DNA of 64,000 nucleotides from Brevundimonas sp. GTDB taxonomy: Bacteria > Pseudomonadota > Alphaproteobacteria > Caulobacterales > Caulobacteraceae. The stretch is from the NCBI RefSeq assembly GCF_035561115.1, contig NZ_DATMYH010000035.1, positions 208-64,207 of the forward strand, given 5' to 3'. This document shows positions 10,980-20,623 of this stretch, in pieces; position 1 is the stretch's first letter, and each line of letters begins with the position of its first letter. Both the position numbers and the translations under genes were made by a program. The notes beneath the pieces are model-generated. The model was not told the origin of the DNA. It was given only the letters and a program-made list of their open reading frames with translations, and made no database searches.

Positions 10980-11049
10980 GCGGTGACGGATCCCGCTCTG
11001 GCGGAACCACCCCGAGTGCGCTCAACATGGCGAATCCGAGGAGGTGACG

Positions 11050-12387
11050 ATGAACAGACTGGTGGCGAGCCTTGGCGGCGTGGCTATTCTCGCCCTGACG
11101 GCGGCGGCGACGAGCGCCCAGCCGGCGCCTGCCGCCCCCGAACAGGGTCCGGTCACCCTGATCCAGGCCGGCCGGCTGCTGGATCGCCCCGGTCAGGCGC
11201 CGCGAGGTCCCTCCACGGTGGTCGTGCGCGACGGGCGGATCGTCGAGATCCGCGACGGCTTCGTCGACGCCGCGACCTTTCCCGGCGCGACCGTCATCGA
11301 CCAGCGCGACCGCTTCGTCCTTCCCGGTCTGATCGACAGCCATGTGCATCTGGTCTCCGACCTCGGCGGTCAGGCCGGCTTCCTGTCCGGGATCACCGAA
11401 AACCTGCCCACCCACGCATATCGCGCGGCCGAAAACGCCGAGAAGACGCTGATGGCCGGCTTCACCACGGTGCGGAACCTGGGCGACGACGGCGGCGTGA
11501 CCCTGGCCCTGCGCGATGCGACGGCGGCTCACCGCCTGCCCGGACCGCGCATCGTCGACGCCGGGAACAGCATCTCGACCACCTCGGGCCACATGGACGG
11601 GCGGCTGGGCTTCAACGACGACCTCCGCGACGACATTCCGCACGACAACGTCTGCAACGGTCCGGAAAGCTGCCGCGAGGCGGTGCGCATCCAGGTCGGG
11701 CGCGGCGCCAACGTCATCAAGATCGCCACCACGGGCGGGGTGAACAGCCGCATCGGCGCGGGCCTGGGCGCCCAGATGTTCGAGGACGAAGCTCGCGCCC
11801 TGATCGAGACGGCCCACCTGTACGGCCTCAAGGTGGCGGTGCACGCCCACGGCGCCGACGGAATCAACCTGGCCCTGCGGATGGGCGCGGATTCGATCGA
11901 GCACGGCACCATCTTCGACGACGAAACCATCCGCCTGTTCCGCCAGTCCGGCGCCTACTACGTTCCGACCCTGTCGACGGTGAACGGCTATATCGAGCGT
12001 CTGGCCGCCGACCCGAACGCCTATTCGCCCGAGGTCCTGCCCAAGATTCGCTGGCGCATCTCCATCACTGGCCAGTCTCTGCAACGGGCTGTTCCGGCGG
12101 GCGTCAGGATCGCCTTCGGCACCGATGCGGGCGTATCGAAACACGGGCGCAACGCCGACGAATTCGCCCTGATGGTCCAGCATGGCATGACGCCTATGAG
12201 CGCGATACAGGCCGCCACCGTCAACGCGGCGGACCTGCTGGGCCTGGCGTCCGAGATCGGCACGCTGGAAGCGGGCAAGCGGGCGGATATTGTCGCCGTT
12301 GACGGCGATCCGCTGACGGACGTGACCGTCCTGACCTCCATGGATTTCGTCATGCGCGACGGCCGGGTCTATCGCAACGAGGAGTAG
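11050..12387 (+). CDS. Exported metal-dependent amidohydrolase (Xaa-Pro dipeptidase-like, COG1228)
   Basis: Signal peptide; PGLIDSHVH, GFTTVRNLG, IKIATTGG, VAVHAHG, SIEHG, IAFGTDAG. Confidence 0.9.
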   Translation: MNRLVASLGGVAILALTAAATSAQPAPAAPEQGPVTLIQAGRLLDRPGQAPRGPSTVVVRDGRIVEIRDGFVDAATFPGATVIDQRDRFVLPGLIDSHVHLVSDLGGQAGFLSGITENLPTHAYRAAENAEKTLMAGFTTVRNLGDDGGVTLALRDATAAHRLPGPRIVDAGNSISTTSGHMDGRLGFNDDLRDDIPHDNVCNGPESCREAVRIQVGRGANVIKIATTGGVNSRIGAGLGAQMFEDEARALIETAHLYGLKVAVHAHGADGINLALRMGADSIEHGTIFDDETIRLFRQSGAYYVPTLSTVNGYIERLAADPNAYSPEVLPKIRWRISITGQSLQRAVPAGVRIAFGTDAGVSKHGRNADEFALMVQHGMTPMSAIQAATVNAADLLGLASEIGTLEAGKRADIVAVDGDPLTDVTVLTSMDFVMRDGRVYRNEE

Positions 12388-12428
12388 GGCGGCTTGGCGG
12401 GATCGGACGGCGGGGCTAGGAAGTCTCA

Positions 12429-13424
12429 ATGACAACCGACCTCTCGACGCCCCGCCACGACTGGACCCCTGACGAGGTCGAGGCCCTCTTCGCCCGGCCC
12501 TTCATGGATCTGGTCTATGACGCCGCAACCGTGCACCGCGCCTGGTTCGACCCGTCCGAGGTGCAAAAGAGCCAGCTGTTGTCGATCAAGACCGGCGGCT
12601 GCGCAGAGAACTGCGGCTACTGCTCGCAGTCGGCCAGTTTCGACACCGGGCTGAAGGCCGAAAAGCTGATGGACGCGACCGCGGTCCTGGCCGAGGCCAT
12701 TGCGGCGAAAGCCGGCGGGGCCAGCCGCTTCTGCATGGGCGCGGCCTGGCGCGAGCTGAAGGACCGCGATACGCCGAAGCTGGCGACCATGATCGCCGGG
12801 GTGAAGGCGCTGGGTCTCGAGACCTGCGCCACCCTGGGCATGCTGACCGCCGATCAGGCGCGCCAGCTGAAGGCGGCGGGGCTCGACTTCTACAACCACA
12901 ATCTGGATACGGGCCCGGAATACTACGCCCAGGTCGTCACCACGCGGACGTATCAGGATCGGCTGGACACGCTCCGGCACGTGCGCGACGCGGGGATGGC
13001 GACCTGCTGCGGCGGCATCGTCGGCATGGGCGAGGCGCGGCGCGACCGGGCCAGTCTGCTGCACGCCCTGGCGACCCTGCCCGAACACCCCGACAGCCTG
13101 CCGGTCAACGCCCTGGTGCCGGTCACGGGTACGCCGCTGGGCGAACGGATGCTGATCGAGGGCCAGATCGATCCGATCGAATTCGTTCGCACGGTCGCCG
13201 TCGCCCGTCTGGTCTGTCCGCGCGCCATGGTGCGCCTTTCCGCGGGTCGCGAGACCATGAGCGCCGAGATGCAGGCCTTGTGTTTCCTCGCCGGGGCCAA
13301 CTCCATCTTCGTCGGCGGCAAGCTGCTGACCACGCCGAACCCCGAGCAGGACGAGGACGCCGCCCTGTTCGCCCTGCTGGATCTCAGGGCCATGGAGCCG
13401 AAGGCTGTGGAAGCGGCGGCGTAA
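12429..13424 (+). CDS. bioB: Biotin synthase
   Basis: [16 protein letters not shown] radical SAM motif, [32 protein letters not shown]. Confidence 0.97.
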   Translation: MTTDLSTPRHDWTPDEVEALFARPFMDLVYDAATVHRAWFDPSEVQKSQLLSIKTGGCAENCGYCSQSASFDTGLKAEKLMDATAVLAEAIAAKAGGASRFCMGAAWRELKDRDTPKLATMIAGVKALGLETCATLGMLTADQARQLKAAGLDFYNHNLDTGPEYYAQVVTTRTYQDRLDTLRHVRDAGMATCCGGIVGMGEARRDRASLLHALATLPEHPDSLPVNALVPVTGTPLGERMLIEGQIDPIEFVRTVAVARLVCPRAMVRLSAGRETMSAEMQALCFLAGANSIFVGGKLLTTPNPEQDEDAALFALLDLRAMEPKAVEAAA

Positions 13425-13459
13425 CCACGCCTTAAGCGCCCCTGTGTCAGGATCGGCGG

Positions 13460-13834
13460 ATGGATCGCCGCGCCCTTCTCGGACTGAAGACCTCGACGCT
13501 CAGGACCAGCGGCGGCTCCGGCCCGCCCCAGGCCAGCTATCTGCGTCTGCCCACCATCACCGCCAACGTCATTCGTCCCGGCGGCCGGCGGGGCGTGATG
13601 ACGGTCGAGACGGGCATCGACACCGCCGACGCCGCCCTGCGCGCCCGCGTCGCCCAGTCCGCGCCCCGGCTCCGCGCCGCCTACGCCGCGGTGGTGCAGC
13701 AGGCCGCCGGCGCCCTGCTGCCCGGCGCTCCGCCCGACATCGAACGTCTGGTCGCCCAGCTTCAGGCCGCGACCAACGCCACGATGGGACGGGCGGGCGC
13801 AAGACTGCTCATCGGTACGGTAATGGTGGTCTAG
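13460..13834 (+). CDS. Hypothetical FliL-like protein with Tat-like N-terminus
   Basis: MDRRALLGL start; LRLPTITAN...PRLRAAY...DIERLVAQLQAA resembles the FliL fold. Confidence 0.55.
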   Translation: MDRRALLGLKTSTLRTSGGSGPPQASYLRLPTITANVIRPGGRRGVMTVETGIDTADAALRARVAQSAPRLRAAYAAVVQQAAGALLPGAPPDIERLVAQLQAATNATMGRAGARLLIGTVMVV

Positions 13835-13922
13835 GGCTCATCCGACGTGGGCGCGTGCCCCTTAAGGACAGGCGCCCGGGCGACGCGCCATCCGCGCCGT
13901 CCGCCATCGACCCACGGCGTAG

Positions 13923-13952
13923 AAAAGGGCGGCTCCGGATGGAGCCGCCCTT
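13923..13952 (-). terminator. Rho-independent terminator
   Basis: aaaagggcggctcc-ggat-ggagccgccctt, downstream of the GlsB/YeaQ gene. Confidence 0.7.
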
Positions 13953-13977
13953 CGCTTATTCCGGACCGGCGATGTGT

Positions 13978-14232
13978 CTAGGCGCGGCGCTTGACGAGGC
14001 CTACCAGGAACAACAACAGGCAGGCGCCGAGGAAGGCGACCAGCAGCGTGATCGGGTTGAAGCCGCCGACCGGAATGCCCAGCAGGTTCCCGGCGATGAA
14101 GCCGCCCAGCAGGGCGCCGACGACGCCGACGATCAGGTTGGTCAGCAGGCCGTGGCTGCGGCCCATAACTTTCTCAGCCAGCCAGCCGGCGACAATGCCG
14201 ATGACGATCCAGCCAATGATTCCCAAACCCAT
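13978..14232 (-). CDS. GlsB/YeaQ/YmgE family (transglycosylase-associated) membrane protein
   Basis: WIVIGIVAGWLA...NLIVGVVGALLGG...VAFLGACLLL. Confidence 0.92.
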   Translation of the reverse strand: MGLGIIGWIVIGIVAGWLAEKVMGRSHGLLTNLIVGVVGALLGGFIAGNLLGIPVGGFNPITLLVAFLGACLLLFLVGLVKRRA

Positions 14233-14418
14233 GTGGAGTCTCCCTTGAAGCCCAATGCTCTTTCGCCGTAATGCGCTGGCACGGCAACGGTTGCGCGCCG
14301 GACCGCAGAACGTTGCTCACCGACTCTCCCCCATGACGCGAGCGCGGCACAGTGCTTGCCGCGTGAAGGGCGAGCCGTCCCGCATCGGGACAGCCTGCCA
14401 ACACGGGGAATAGGGGCC

Positions 14419-14796
14419 ATGGCCACCGATATAGACCTGCACCTGGGACGCCGCCTGCGCCGCCGTCGGCGCCTGCTGGGCCTGACGCAACAACAGCTGG
14501 CCAACCAGGTCGGCATCCGTTTCCAGCAGATCCAGAAATACGAGTGCGGCGCCAATCGCATCTCGGCCGCCCGTCTGTGGCAGCTGGCCGAGGCGCTGGA
14601 ATCGCCGGTCAGCTATTTCTACGACGGTCTGGAAGAGGCCATCGAACGCCGCGAGGTCGCCAACCAGGGCGGCGAGATGTTTTCCCGCAAGGAAACGCTC
14701 GACCTGATCCAGGCCTATTACCAGCTGGACGAGAAGCCGCGCCGGCGCCTGCTGGATCTGGCCAAGTCGCTGCACGTCGAGGCCGACGCGGCCTGA
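14419..14796 (+). CDS. XRE-family HTH transcriptional regulator
   Basis: DLHLGRRLRRRR..LGLTQQQLA..GIRFQQIQKYECGANRISAARLW. Confidence 0.92.
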   Translation: MATDIDLHLGRRLRRRRRLLGLTQQQLANQVGIRFQQIQKYECGANRISAARLWQLAEALESPVSYFYDGLEEAIERREVANQGGEMFSRKETLDLIQAYYQLDEKPRRRLLDLAKSLHVEADAA

Positions 14797-14808
14797 ATCA
14801 TCCGGTGA

Positions 14809-14842
14809 CATGAGGGCGGGGCGTCGGTATCCCGCCCTCATG
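14809..14842 (+). promoter_or_regulatory. Perfect 12-bp hairpin covering the hisN start codon
   Basis: catgagggcggg-gcgtcggtat-cccgccctcatg; the last 3 nt are the ATG at 14840. Confidence 0.6.
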
Positions 14843-15634
14843 ACCGAGTTTGAACTGTTCGCCGTCGACCTGGCCCGCGAGGCCGCGCGCGTGTCCCTGC
14901 CCTATTTCCGCGGCGACTATGCGGAGACGGACAAGGGCGGACCGGGGGCCTTCGATCCGGTCACCCAGGCCGACCAGGAGGCCGAGGCCGCACTGCGCCG
15001 GCTGATAGCCGCCCGCTATCCGGAGCACGGCGTCATCGGCGAGGAATACGGCGAGGACCGGCCGGACGCCGAGCACGTCTGGATCCTGGATCCCATCGAC
15101 GGCACCCGCGCCTTCATCGCCGGCCTGCCGCTATGGACCAATCTGATCGCCCTGAGGGCCGAGGGGCGGCCCGCGGTCGGCGTGATCGGTCAGCCCTATC
15201 TGGATGAAATCTTCCTCGGCGGTCCGTCCGGCGCGCAGCTGCTGCGTGGCGGAATGGATACGCCGCTGGCCGTGCGGCCGTGCCCCAGCCTGAACGACGC
15301 CGTGATCGCCACCACCGACCCCGACCTGTTCACCGGCGCCGAGCTGGGGGCCTGGACCCAGGTGCGGGCGGCCGCGCGTCTGGCCCGGCTGGGTTGCGAC
15401 GCCTACGCCTACGCCATGCTGGCCGCCGGCCGGATCGACCTGGTGGCCGAGAGCGCCCTGAAGGTCTGGGACTGGTCGGCCCTGGTTCCGGTCATCGAGG
15501 CGGCGGGCGGCGCGGTCAGCAACTGGCGCGGCCAGGCGCCGGACGGCGGCGGCCAGATACTGGCGGTCGGGGATGTCGGGATCAGGGAGCAGGCGCTGGT
15601 GACGTTGCGGCGGGCGGCGATCCAGCCCTCGTGA
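14840..15634 (+). CDS. hisN: Histidinol-phosphatase, inositol monophosphatase family
   Basis: PVTQADQEAE, GEEYG, WILDPIDGTRAFIAG, GCDAYAY, WDWSALVP. Confidence 0.88.
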   Translation: MTEFELFAVDLAREAARVSLPYFRGDYAETDKGGPGAFDPVTQADQEAEAALRRLIAARYPEHGVIGEEYGEDRPDAEHVWILDPIDGTRAFIAGLPLWTNLIALRAEGRPAVGVIGQPYLDEIFLGGPSGAQLLRGGMDTPLAVRPCPSLNDAVIATTDPDLFTGAELGAWTQVRAAARLARLGCDAYAYAMLAAGRIDLVAESALKVWDWSALVPVIEAAGGAVSNWRGQAPDGGGQILAVGDVGIREQALVTLRRAAIQPS

Positions 15635-15655
15635 TCCTTCCGCTGCGGGGGAGGG

Positions 15656-16708
15656 TCAGGCCGCTTCGGTCGGTTCGGCGGTCGGCTCGCTGACCGGCGT
15701 ACTCACCGGCAGCGGCGACAAATCCTCGACCGGCGAGACATAGGCGGCCATGGCGTCGAACTCCTCGAGGAAGACCGCGCGCAGGTCGTCGGTCTCCATG
15801 ATGACCTCGTGTTTGGCGCCTGGAATCTCGACGTAGCGGCCGCGTCCCAGCCGTTTGGCGGCCCATTTGTTGGTCTGTTTCCAGACCCGGTCGTCCTCGC
15901 CCGCCTGGACGATGGCGACGGGAATGGACACTGACTTCAGGGCCTTGGGCTTGAGCGCCCGCTCGCCGGCGTCGAGCCCCACGGCCAGCCAGCCCCAGGT
16001 CGGACCGCCGACGGCCAGATGGGGGCAGGCGTAGAGCTGTTGCCGCCACTGTTCGTAGCGACTCTCGTCGGACGTCAGGGCGTCCTTTTCGAAGGTGTGG
16101 TCGAACGGATCGTCGGCGTCGTCCAGCACGTAATCGCCTGCCTTGCCGTGACGCAGGTTCCAGCGGACGGCCAGCTTGACCGACCACATCGACCGCTTGC
16201 CGGTCTTGATGCGTAGCATGGGGCTGGTCAGGACGGCGCCCGAGAACCGGCTCTCGCCACCCTCCAGGGTCATCAGGTTCAGCACGCCGCCCATCGAATG
16301 GCCGACCATGATCCAGGGCTTGGGCGCGCGGGCTTCCCAGGCGTCCAGCAGGCGGGCGTAGTCGTCGAGGAACTCCTCCACCGCCCGGGCATGTCCTTTC
16401 AGCCGATCCGGCAGCAGGCGGGCCGAAAGGCCCTGGCCGCGCCAGTCGTGGGCCAGGACGCACCAGCCGCGGGCGAGGAAATTGCCGATGACCTCATAGT
16501 ATTTCTCGATCGGCTCGGTGCGGCCGGGGCTGAGTATCACGGTGCCGCGCGGCTTTTTGGCGATCAGGGTCGACGGGGTCCAGAAGGCGGCGCGCAGACG
16601 CAGGCCGCCGGCACCGCGGAACCATTCGCCCTCGCCCCCCGGAGGCGCGGATGCGCCCGGAACCCCCATCAGGGGGGCGTTGGCGGCATAGGCGACGGCT
16701 CGGTTCAC
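15656..16708 (-). CDS. Alpha/beta hydrolase, lysophospholipase (PldB-like)
   Basis: PGRTEPIEKY, HDWRGQGLS, GHSMGG nucleophile elbow, GAKHEV. Confidence 0.88.
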   Translation of the reverse strand: MNRAVAYAANAPLMGVPGASAPPGGEGEWFRGAGGLRLRAAFWTPSTLIAKKPRGTVILSPGRTEPIEKYYEVIGNFLARGWCVLAHDWRGQGLSARLLPDRLKGHARAVEEFLDDYARLLDAWEARAPKPWIMVGHSMGGVLNLMTLEGGESRFSGAVLTSPMLRIKTGKRSMWSVKLAVRWNLRHGKAGDYVLDDADDPFDHTFEKDALTSDESRYEQWRQQLYACPHLAVGGPTWGWLAVGLDAGERALKPKALKSVSIPVAIVQAGEDDRVWKQTNKWAAKRLGRGRYVEIPGAKHEVIMETDDLRAVFLEEFDAMAAYVSPVEDLSPLPVSTPVSEPTAEPTEAA

Positions 16709-17610
16709 TCTGGCTTCCTGAATCTCAAGGTCATGCGGTCACTCTCACCGATCCGGTCATACTTCGACCGGTCGAAGGCCGGGTTCGGCGGCGAACCGCG
16801 CGGGGCGGTCAGCGACATCGGCGGCAGGGTTTCGACCCCGAACGGATGATCCTTGGTATCCCTTTCATTCGCGTTGATTTCCGACGCGGCGACGAAGACG
16901 AAGCCTGCTTCAGCCGCCAGCTGTTTGACGAACGCCTCCTGGACGTATCCGTTCGCCGCGGCGGGGTCCTGATCCTCCTCGGGACCGAGGCGGTGCTGTT
17001 CGATGCCGAGGACGCCGCCCGGACGCAGGGCGGCCCAGGCGTCGGCGAAGGCCTTTTCGGCGATTCCGGCGGCCATCCAGGCGTGGATGTTGCGCATGAA
17101 CAGGGCCATGTCGGCAGTCCCCGGCGCGGTCACAGGGCCAGAGGTCGGCCCGAAGGCGCTGAGTTCGATCTCGCCGTACAGGCGCTTGTCGGTCGTGAAG
17201 CGCTGCTGGAAGGCGGCCATGAGGGCGACCTGCGACGGGTCGGCGCCCGGCCCGGTCTGGAAGCCGGCGGCCACGTATTTGCCGGCGCCCTCTGCCAGAT
17301 AGGGAGCCAGGATTTCGGTGTACCAGCCGCTGCCGGGCCAGAACTCGACCACCGTCATGCGTGGCTGGAGGCCGAAGAAACGCAGCGTCTCCATGGGATG
17401 GCGGGCGGCGTCTCGCGCCTTGTCCTGGGCGCGCCAGGGACCGGCGACGGCCCATTCCAGCGACCCCTGGGGCGGACCGTCGGGCGTCGGCGGGGGCTCG
17501 GCGGTCTTTTCCTGACGGCCGCAGGCGGCCAGACCGGCGACGCCCGCGACGCCGGACAACAGCCCGCGGCGCGATAGCGACCCTCGACGGCGTTCAACGG
17601 ATTCAGCCAT
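16705..17610 (-). CDS. Predicted SAM-dependent methyltransferase (COG4798), Tat lipoprotein
   Basis: SRRGLL Tat motif plus LAAC lipobox; RHPMETLRFFG, VVEFWPGSGWY, LRPGGVLGIEQHR, GESDRMTLRFRKP. Confidence 0.85.
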   Translation of the reverse strand: MAESVERRRGSLSRRGLLSGVAGVAGLAACGRQEKTAEPPPTPDGPPQGSLEWAVAGPWRAQDKARDAARHPMETLRFFGLQPRMTVVEFWPGSGWYTEILAPYLAEGAGKYVAAGFQTGPGADPSQVALMAAFQQRFTTDKRLYGEIELSAFGPTSGPVTAPGTADMALFMRNIHAWMAAGIAEKAFADAWAALRPGGVLGIEQHRLGPEEDQDPAAANGYVQEAFVKQLAAEAGFVFVAASEINANERDTKDHPFGVETLPPMSLTAPRGSPPNPAFDRSKYDRIGESDRMTLRFRKPE

Positions 17611-17718
17611 GCACGCTCCCCGCAGAGCGGCCCTGCACGATCGGGCGCCGCCCCGACAGGCAGGCCTTAACCGTGTTCCCCGACCCCGTCAAAACGGTTC
17701 CCGGCATGACGCGCGCCG

Positions 17719-18546
17719 TCAGACCGGCTTGCGGAATCGCAGCGTCATGCGGTCGCTTTCGCCGATCGCGTCGTATTCGGCCCGTTCGGCTTCGGTCAGG
17801 GGCGTGGGGCGGTCGTTGGCGTTGCCTTCGCGCGGCGCGCTGGTGCGGACGGGAGGCAGGGTCCAGACGCCGTAGGGATGGTCGTGGTCGTCCCTGGCAT
17901 TGGCGTTCAGCTCGCTGCGGGCGTCGAGCACGAAGCCGGCGGCCTGGGCGGCGTGAATGACATAGCTTTCGGAGACATAGCCGTAGGGGGCCGTCGCATC
18001 GGCGTTCAGGCCCTCGGCGCCGCGGTGCTGTTCGATCGCCAGCACGCCGCCCGGCTTCAACGCCTTGTAGAAGGCGGCCAGATAGGGGGCGGTGCGGCCG
18101 GCGCGGTGCCAGTTGTGCAGGGCGCGGGCGACCACGACCATATCGGCGGTCCCGTCGGGCACGCCCATGCCCTCCAGCGGGCGGTTGACGGCGACATAGG
18201 TCCCGCCCGTGGCCTGGGCGTAGGGCTCGAGGATGTTGCGCCACCAGCCCGCGCGGCCGGGCTCGATCTCGACGACGGTCGAGCCGGGCGTCAGACCCCA
18301 GAAGGTCAGGGTCTCGAACGGATGGCGATGGACGTCGCGCGCCACGTCGGCGGCGGGGCGGGCGTCGGAGCCGACGGCGGCCTGGAGGGCGGCGTCCTCC
18401 TGCAGGACCGGGGGCGTCATGGCGGCGCGGCGCACCGTGCGCTGGGCCGCAGTCTCGTTCAGGGCCGGCAGGGCGGGCAGGGCCTGGGCCGCGGCGATGG
18501 ACGGCAGGGCGAGGACGGCGGTCGCGGCGAAGGCGAGCAGGCGCAT
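17719..18546 (-). CDS. Predicted SAM-dependent methyltransferase (COG4798) paralog, Sec signal
   Basis: Start MRLLAFA at 18546; RHPFETLTFWG, VVEIEPG, LKPGGVLAIEQHR, GESDRMTLRFRKP. Confidence 0.85.
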   Translation of the reverse strand: MRLLAFAATAVLALPSIAAAQALPALPALNETAAQRTVRRAAMTPPVLQEDAALQAAVGSDARPAADVARDVHRHPFETLTFWGLTPGSTVVEIEPGRAGWWRNILEPYAQATGGTYVAVNRPLEGMGVPDGTADMVVVARALHNWHRAGRTAPYLAAFYKALKPGGVLAIEQHRGAEGLNADATAPYGYVSESYVIHAAQAAGFVLDARSELNANARDDHDHPYGVWTLPPVRTSAPREGNANDRPTPLTEAERAEYDAIGESDRMTLRFRKPV

Positions 18547-18634
18547 GGGAGGCTCCGGAAATGTGTGGGCGAACCCTACGGCGTCTGCGGACGGGGGCAA
18601 GCCTCCCGAACGGACGGCGACAGATTGGCGCGGT

Positions 18635-18662
18635 CTTGACGGCGCGCGGAGGCTCCCCACAT
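18635..18662 (+). promoter_or_regulatory. Sigma32 (RpoH) promoter of ibpA
   Basis: CTTGAC-N14-CCCCACAT versus consensus CTTGAA-N13/14-CCCCATAT. Confidence 0.8.
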
Positions 18663-18668
18663 CGCAGT

Positions 18669-18803
18669 CGAGGCCGCCGGTTCCCGGGGCCTCCAGACCG
18701 GACGGGGCCGAAATTCGGACCGTCGGGGCTGAACTCCCACCGCCGTCCCGGGCAAATCGCTGGGGCGGTTCAACCTTGCTGATCCTCAGGAGGATGACCC
18801 ATG
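18669..18803 (+). promoter_or_regulatory. ROSE-type RNA thermometer in the ibpA 5'UTR
   Basis: UTR of about 130 nt; CCUUGCU (18774-18780) can pair with AGGAGG (18788-18793) with the bulged G typical of ROSE. Confidence 0.72.
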
Positions 18804-19268
18804 CGTACCTATGATTTCACCCCGCTGTACCGTTCCGCCGTCGGCTTCGACCGTCTGGCCGGCCTGCTGGAAAGCGCCGCGCGCACCAGCCAGGAAAACG
18901 GTTGGCCGCCCTACAATATCGAAACGACGGGCGAGAACGCCTATCGCATCGAGATCGCGGTCGCCGGCTTCAAGCCCGACGAGTTGACCCTTGAGGTCAA
19001 GGAGAACCTGCTGACCGTGACCGGCCGCAAGACGGCCAACGACGACGCGGGCGCCGAACGCACCTATCTGCATCGCGGCCTGGCCGAGCGCGACTTCGAG
19101 CGCCGGTTCCAGCTGGCCGACTATGTCGTGGTCAAGGGCGCGGACCTGGCCGATGGCCTGCTGTCGATCGAACTGGCCCGCGAACTGCCGGAAGCCCTGA
19201 AGCCCCGCCGGATCGAGATCGGAACGGGCCAGCGGCTGATCGAAGGCAAGAAGCCCAAGGCGGCCTGA
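18801..19268 (+). CDS. ibpA: Small heat shock protein Hsp20
   Basis: [51 protein letters not shown]. Confidence 0.95.
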   Translation: MRTYDFTPLYRSAVGFDRLAGLLESAARTSQENGWPPYNIETTGENAYRIEIAVAGFKPDELTLEVKENLLTVTGRKTANDDAGAERTYLHRGLAERDFERRFQLADYVVVKGADLADGLLSIELARELPEALKPRRIEIGTGQRLIEGKKPKAA

Positions 19269-19306
19269 CGCCTCAAGTCGCGCGAAGCGCGGCAGGCGAA
19301 CCGGAG

Positions 19307-19333
19307 AAGGGCGGCGTTCGCGCCGCCCTTTTT
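19307..19333 (+). terminator. Rho-independent terminator after ibpA
   Basis: aagggcggcg-ttcg-cgccgccctt-ttt. Confidence 0.8.
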
Positions 19334-19339
19334 CGTGCG

Positions 19340-20623
19340 TCAGAGCTGGAGAGCCGGGGTCGGCTCCGGCATGCCGCGCACGCTCGTGACCGTGGCGTCG
19401 GTCAGGTCGGCCTGGTGCATGGTGGCGCCGTGCAGCATGGCGCGTGTCAGATCCGCGCCCGTCAGTATAGCGCGGTTCAGGTCGGCCCCGGACAGGTCGG
19501 CGCCGCGCAGGCAGGCGCCGGTCAGGTCGGCGGGCAGCAGCCGGTCGGCGGCGATCAGCAGCGGGCCCAGCTTGGCGCCGCGCAGGTCCGAGCCGTTCAA
19601 CCGCGCCCGGCCCAGCCGCGCGCCGCGCAGGTCGGCGCCCTTGAGGTTGACCGAGCGCAGGTCCGCGTCCTCCAGGTGCGCGCCCTGAAGCTGCACCCCC
19701 TCCATGTCGAGGCCGTAGAAGACCGCGCCCTTGGCGGACAGGGCGGTCAGATTGTAGCCGTGGATGGAGCGCAGGGCCCTCAGGTCGACGCCGTCGAAGA
19801 CCGACGGCCGGCCCTGGACGCCGCCCGTCTCGCACCACTGGGCGTGTTCGGCCAGCATCTCGGCGGCGGGCATCTTGCCGACGGGGGCGCCCGACGGGCG
19901 GTCGTCGGTCAGGCAGCCTTCCATATTGGCCCCGTCGGTCCGCCACATGGCCATCTTGACCCCGACCAGCACCGCGCCGGACAGATCGGCTCCGGACAGG
20001 TCGGCCCCGGACAGGTCCGCCCCGGCCAGGTCTGCGCCGCGGAAGCTGGCCTGTTTGAGATTGGCCCGGACCATCTTGCAGTCTTTCATGATGGCGTCGG
20101 AGAAGTCCGCCGCCACGGCCACGATTCCGGTCAGCTTGGAGCGTTCCAGATTGGCTCCGGCCAGACAGGCGCCCTGGGCCTGGGTGTCCTGGCGCGACTT
20201 GGCCTCGACCACGCGGAAGCCCAGCTTGGGGTCGGCGGCGGCGATGGTGCCTTCGCGCAGATCGGCTTCGAACAGGTCGGCGCCGCTGAGATCGGCGCCG
20301 CGCAGGCAGGCGCCGCGCAGGTCGGCGCGACGCATGCTGGCGTCAATGAGCACGCAGTCCTGCATGTCGGCGCCGAAGAAGGTGGCGTTGTCGAGCTTGG
20401 CCCCGGTCAGATCCGTCCCGTGCATCCAGGCGGCGGCGAAGTCGGCGTCGGCCAGATTGCGGCCGGCCAGGCTGAGGCCGGACAAATCCATCCAGGCGAA
20501 TACGGCCCGGGCGCCGCCGGGTTTTGCCTGCCACAGCCTGTCGTGCCGGGCGCAGATAGCGTCCAGTTCGGTCTGATCGATGCGCTTTCTGGCGCTGGGA
20601 GAGGCGGTGGGCACAGGCGACAT
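19340..20623 (-). CDS. Pentapeptide repeat protein (two repeat blocks)
   Basis: Many A(D/N)LxG repeats, in two blocks each preceded by an H-xx-W segment. Confidence 0.9.
   Translation of the reverse strand: MSPVPTASPSARKRIDQTELDAICARHDRLWQAKPGGARAVFAWMDLSGLSLAGRNLADADFAAAWMHGTDLTGAKLDNATFFGADMQDCVLIDASMRRADLRGACLRGADLSGADLFEADLREGTIAAADPKLGFRVVEAKSRQDTQAQGACLAGANLERSKLTGIVAVAADFSDAIMKDCKMVRANLKQASFRGADLAGADLSGADLSGADLSGAVLVGVKMAMWRTDGANMEGCLTDDRPSGAPVGKMPAAEMLAEHAQWCETGGVQGRPSVFDGVDLRALRSIHGYNLTALSAKGAVFYGLDMEGVQLQGAHLEDADLRSVNLKGADLRGARLGRARLNGSDLRGAKLGPLLIAADRLLPADLTGACLRGADLSGADLNRAILTGADLTRAMLHGATMHQADLTDATVTSVRGMPEPTPALQL

Noticed and set aside
10890-11049. SAH or SAM riboswitch upstream of ahcY
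   Set aside because: No recognisable aptamer consensus; the DNA palindrome explains the region better.
19340-20623. Recurring 15-bp DNA repeats (gcgccgcgcaggtcg) resembling an array
   Set aside because: They encode pentapeptide repeats and have no unique spacers; not CRISPR.
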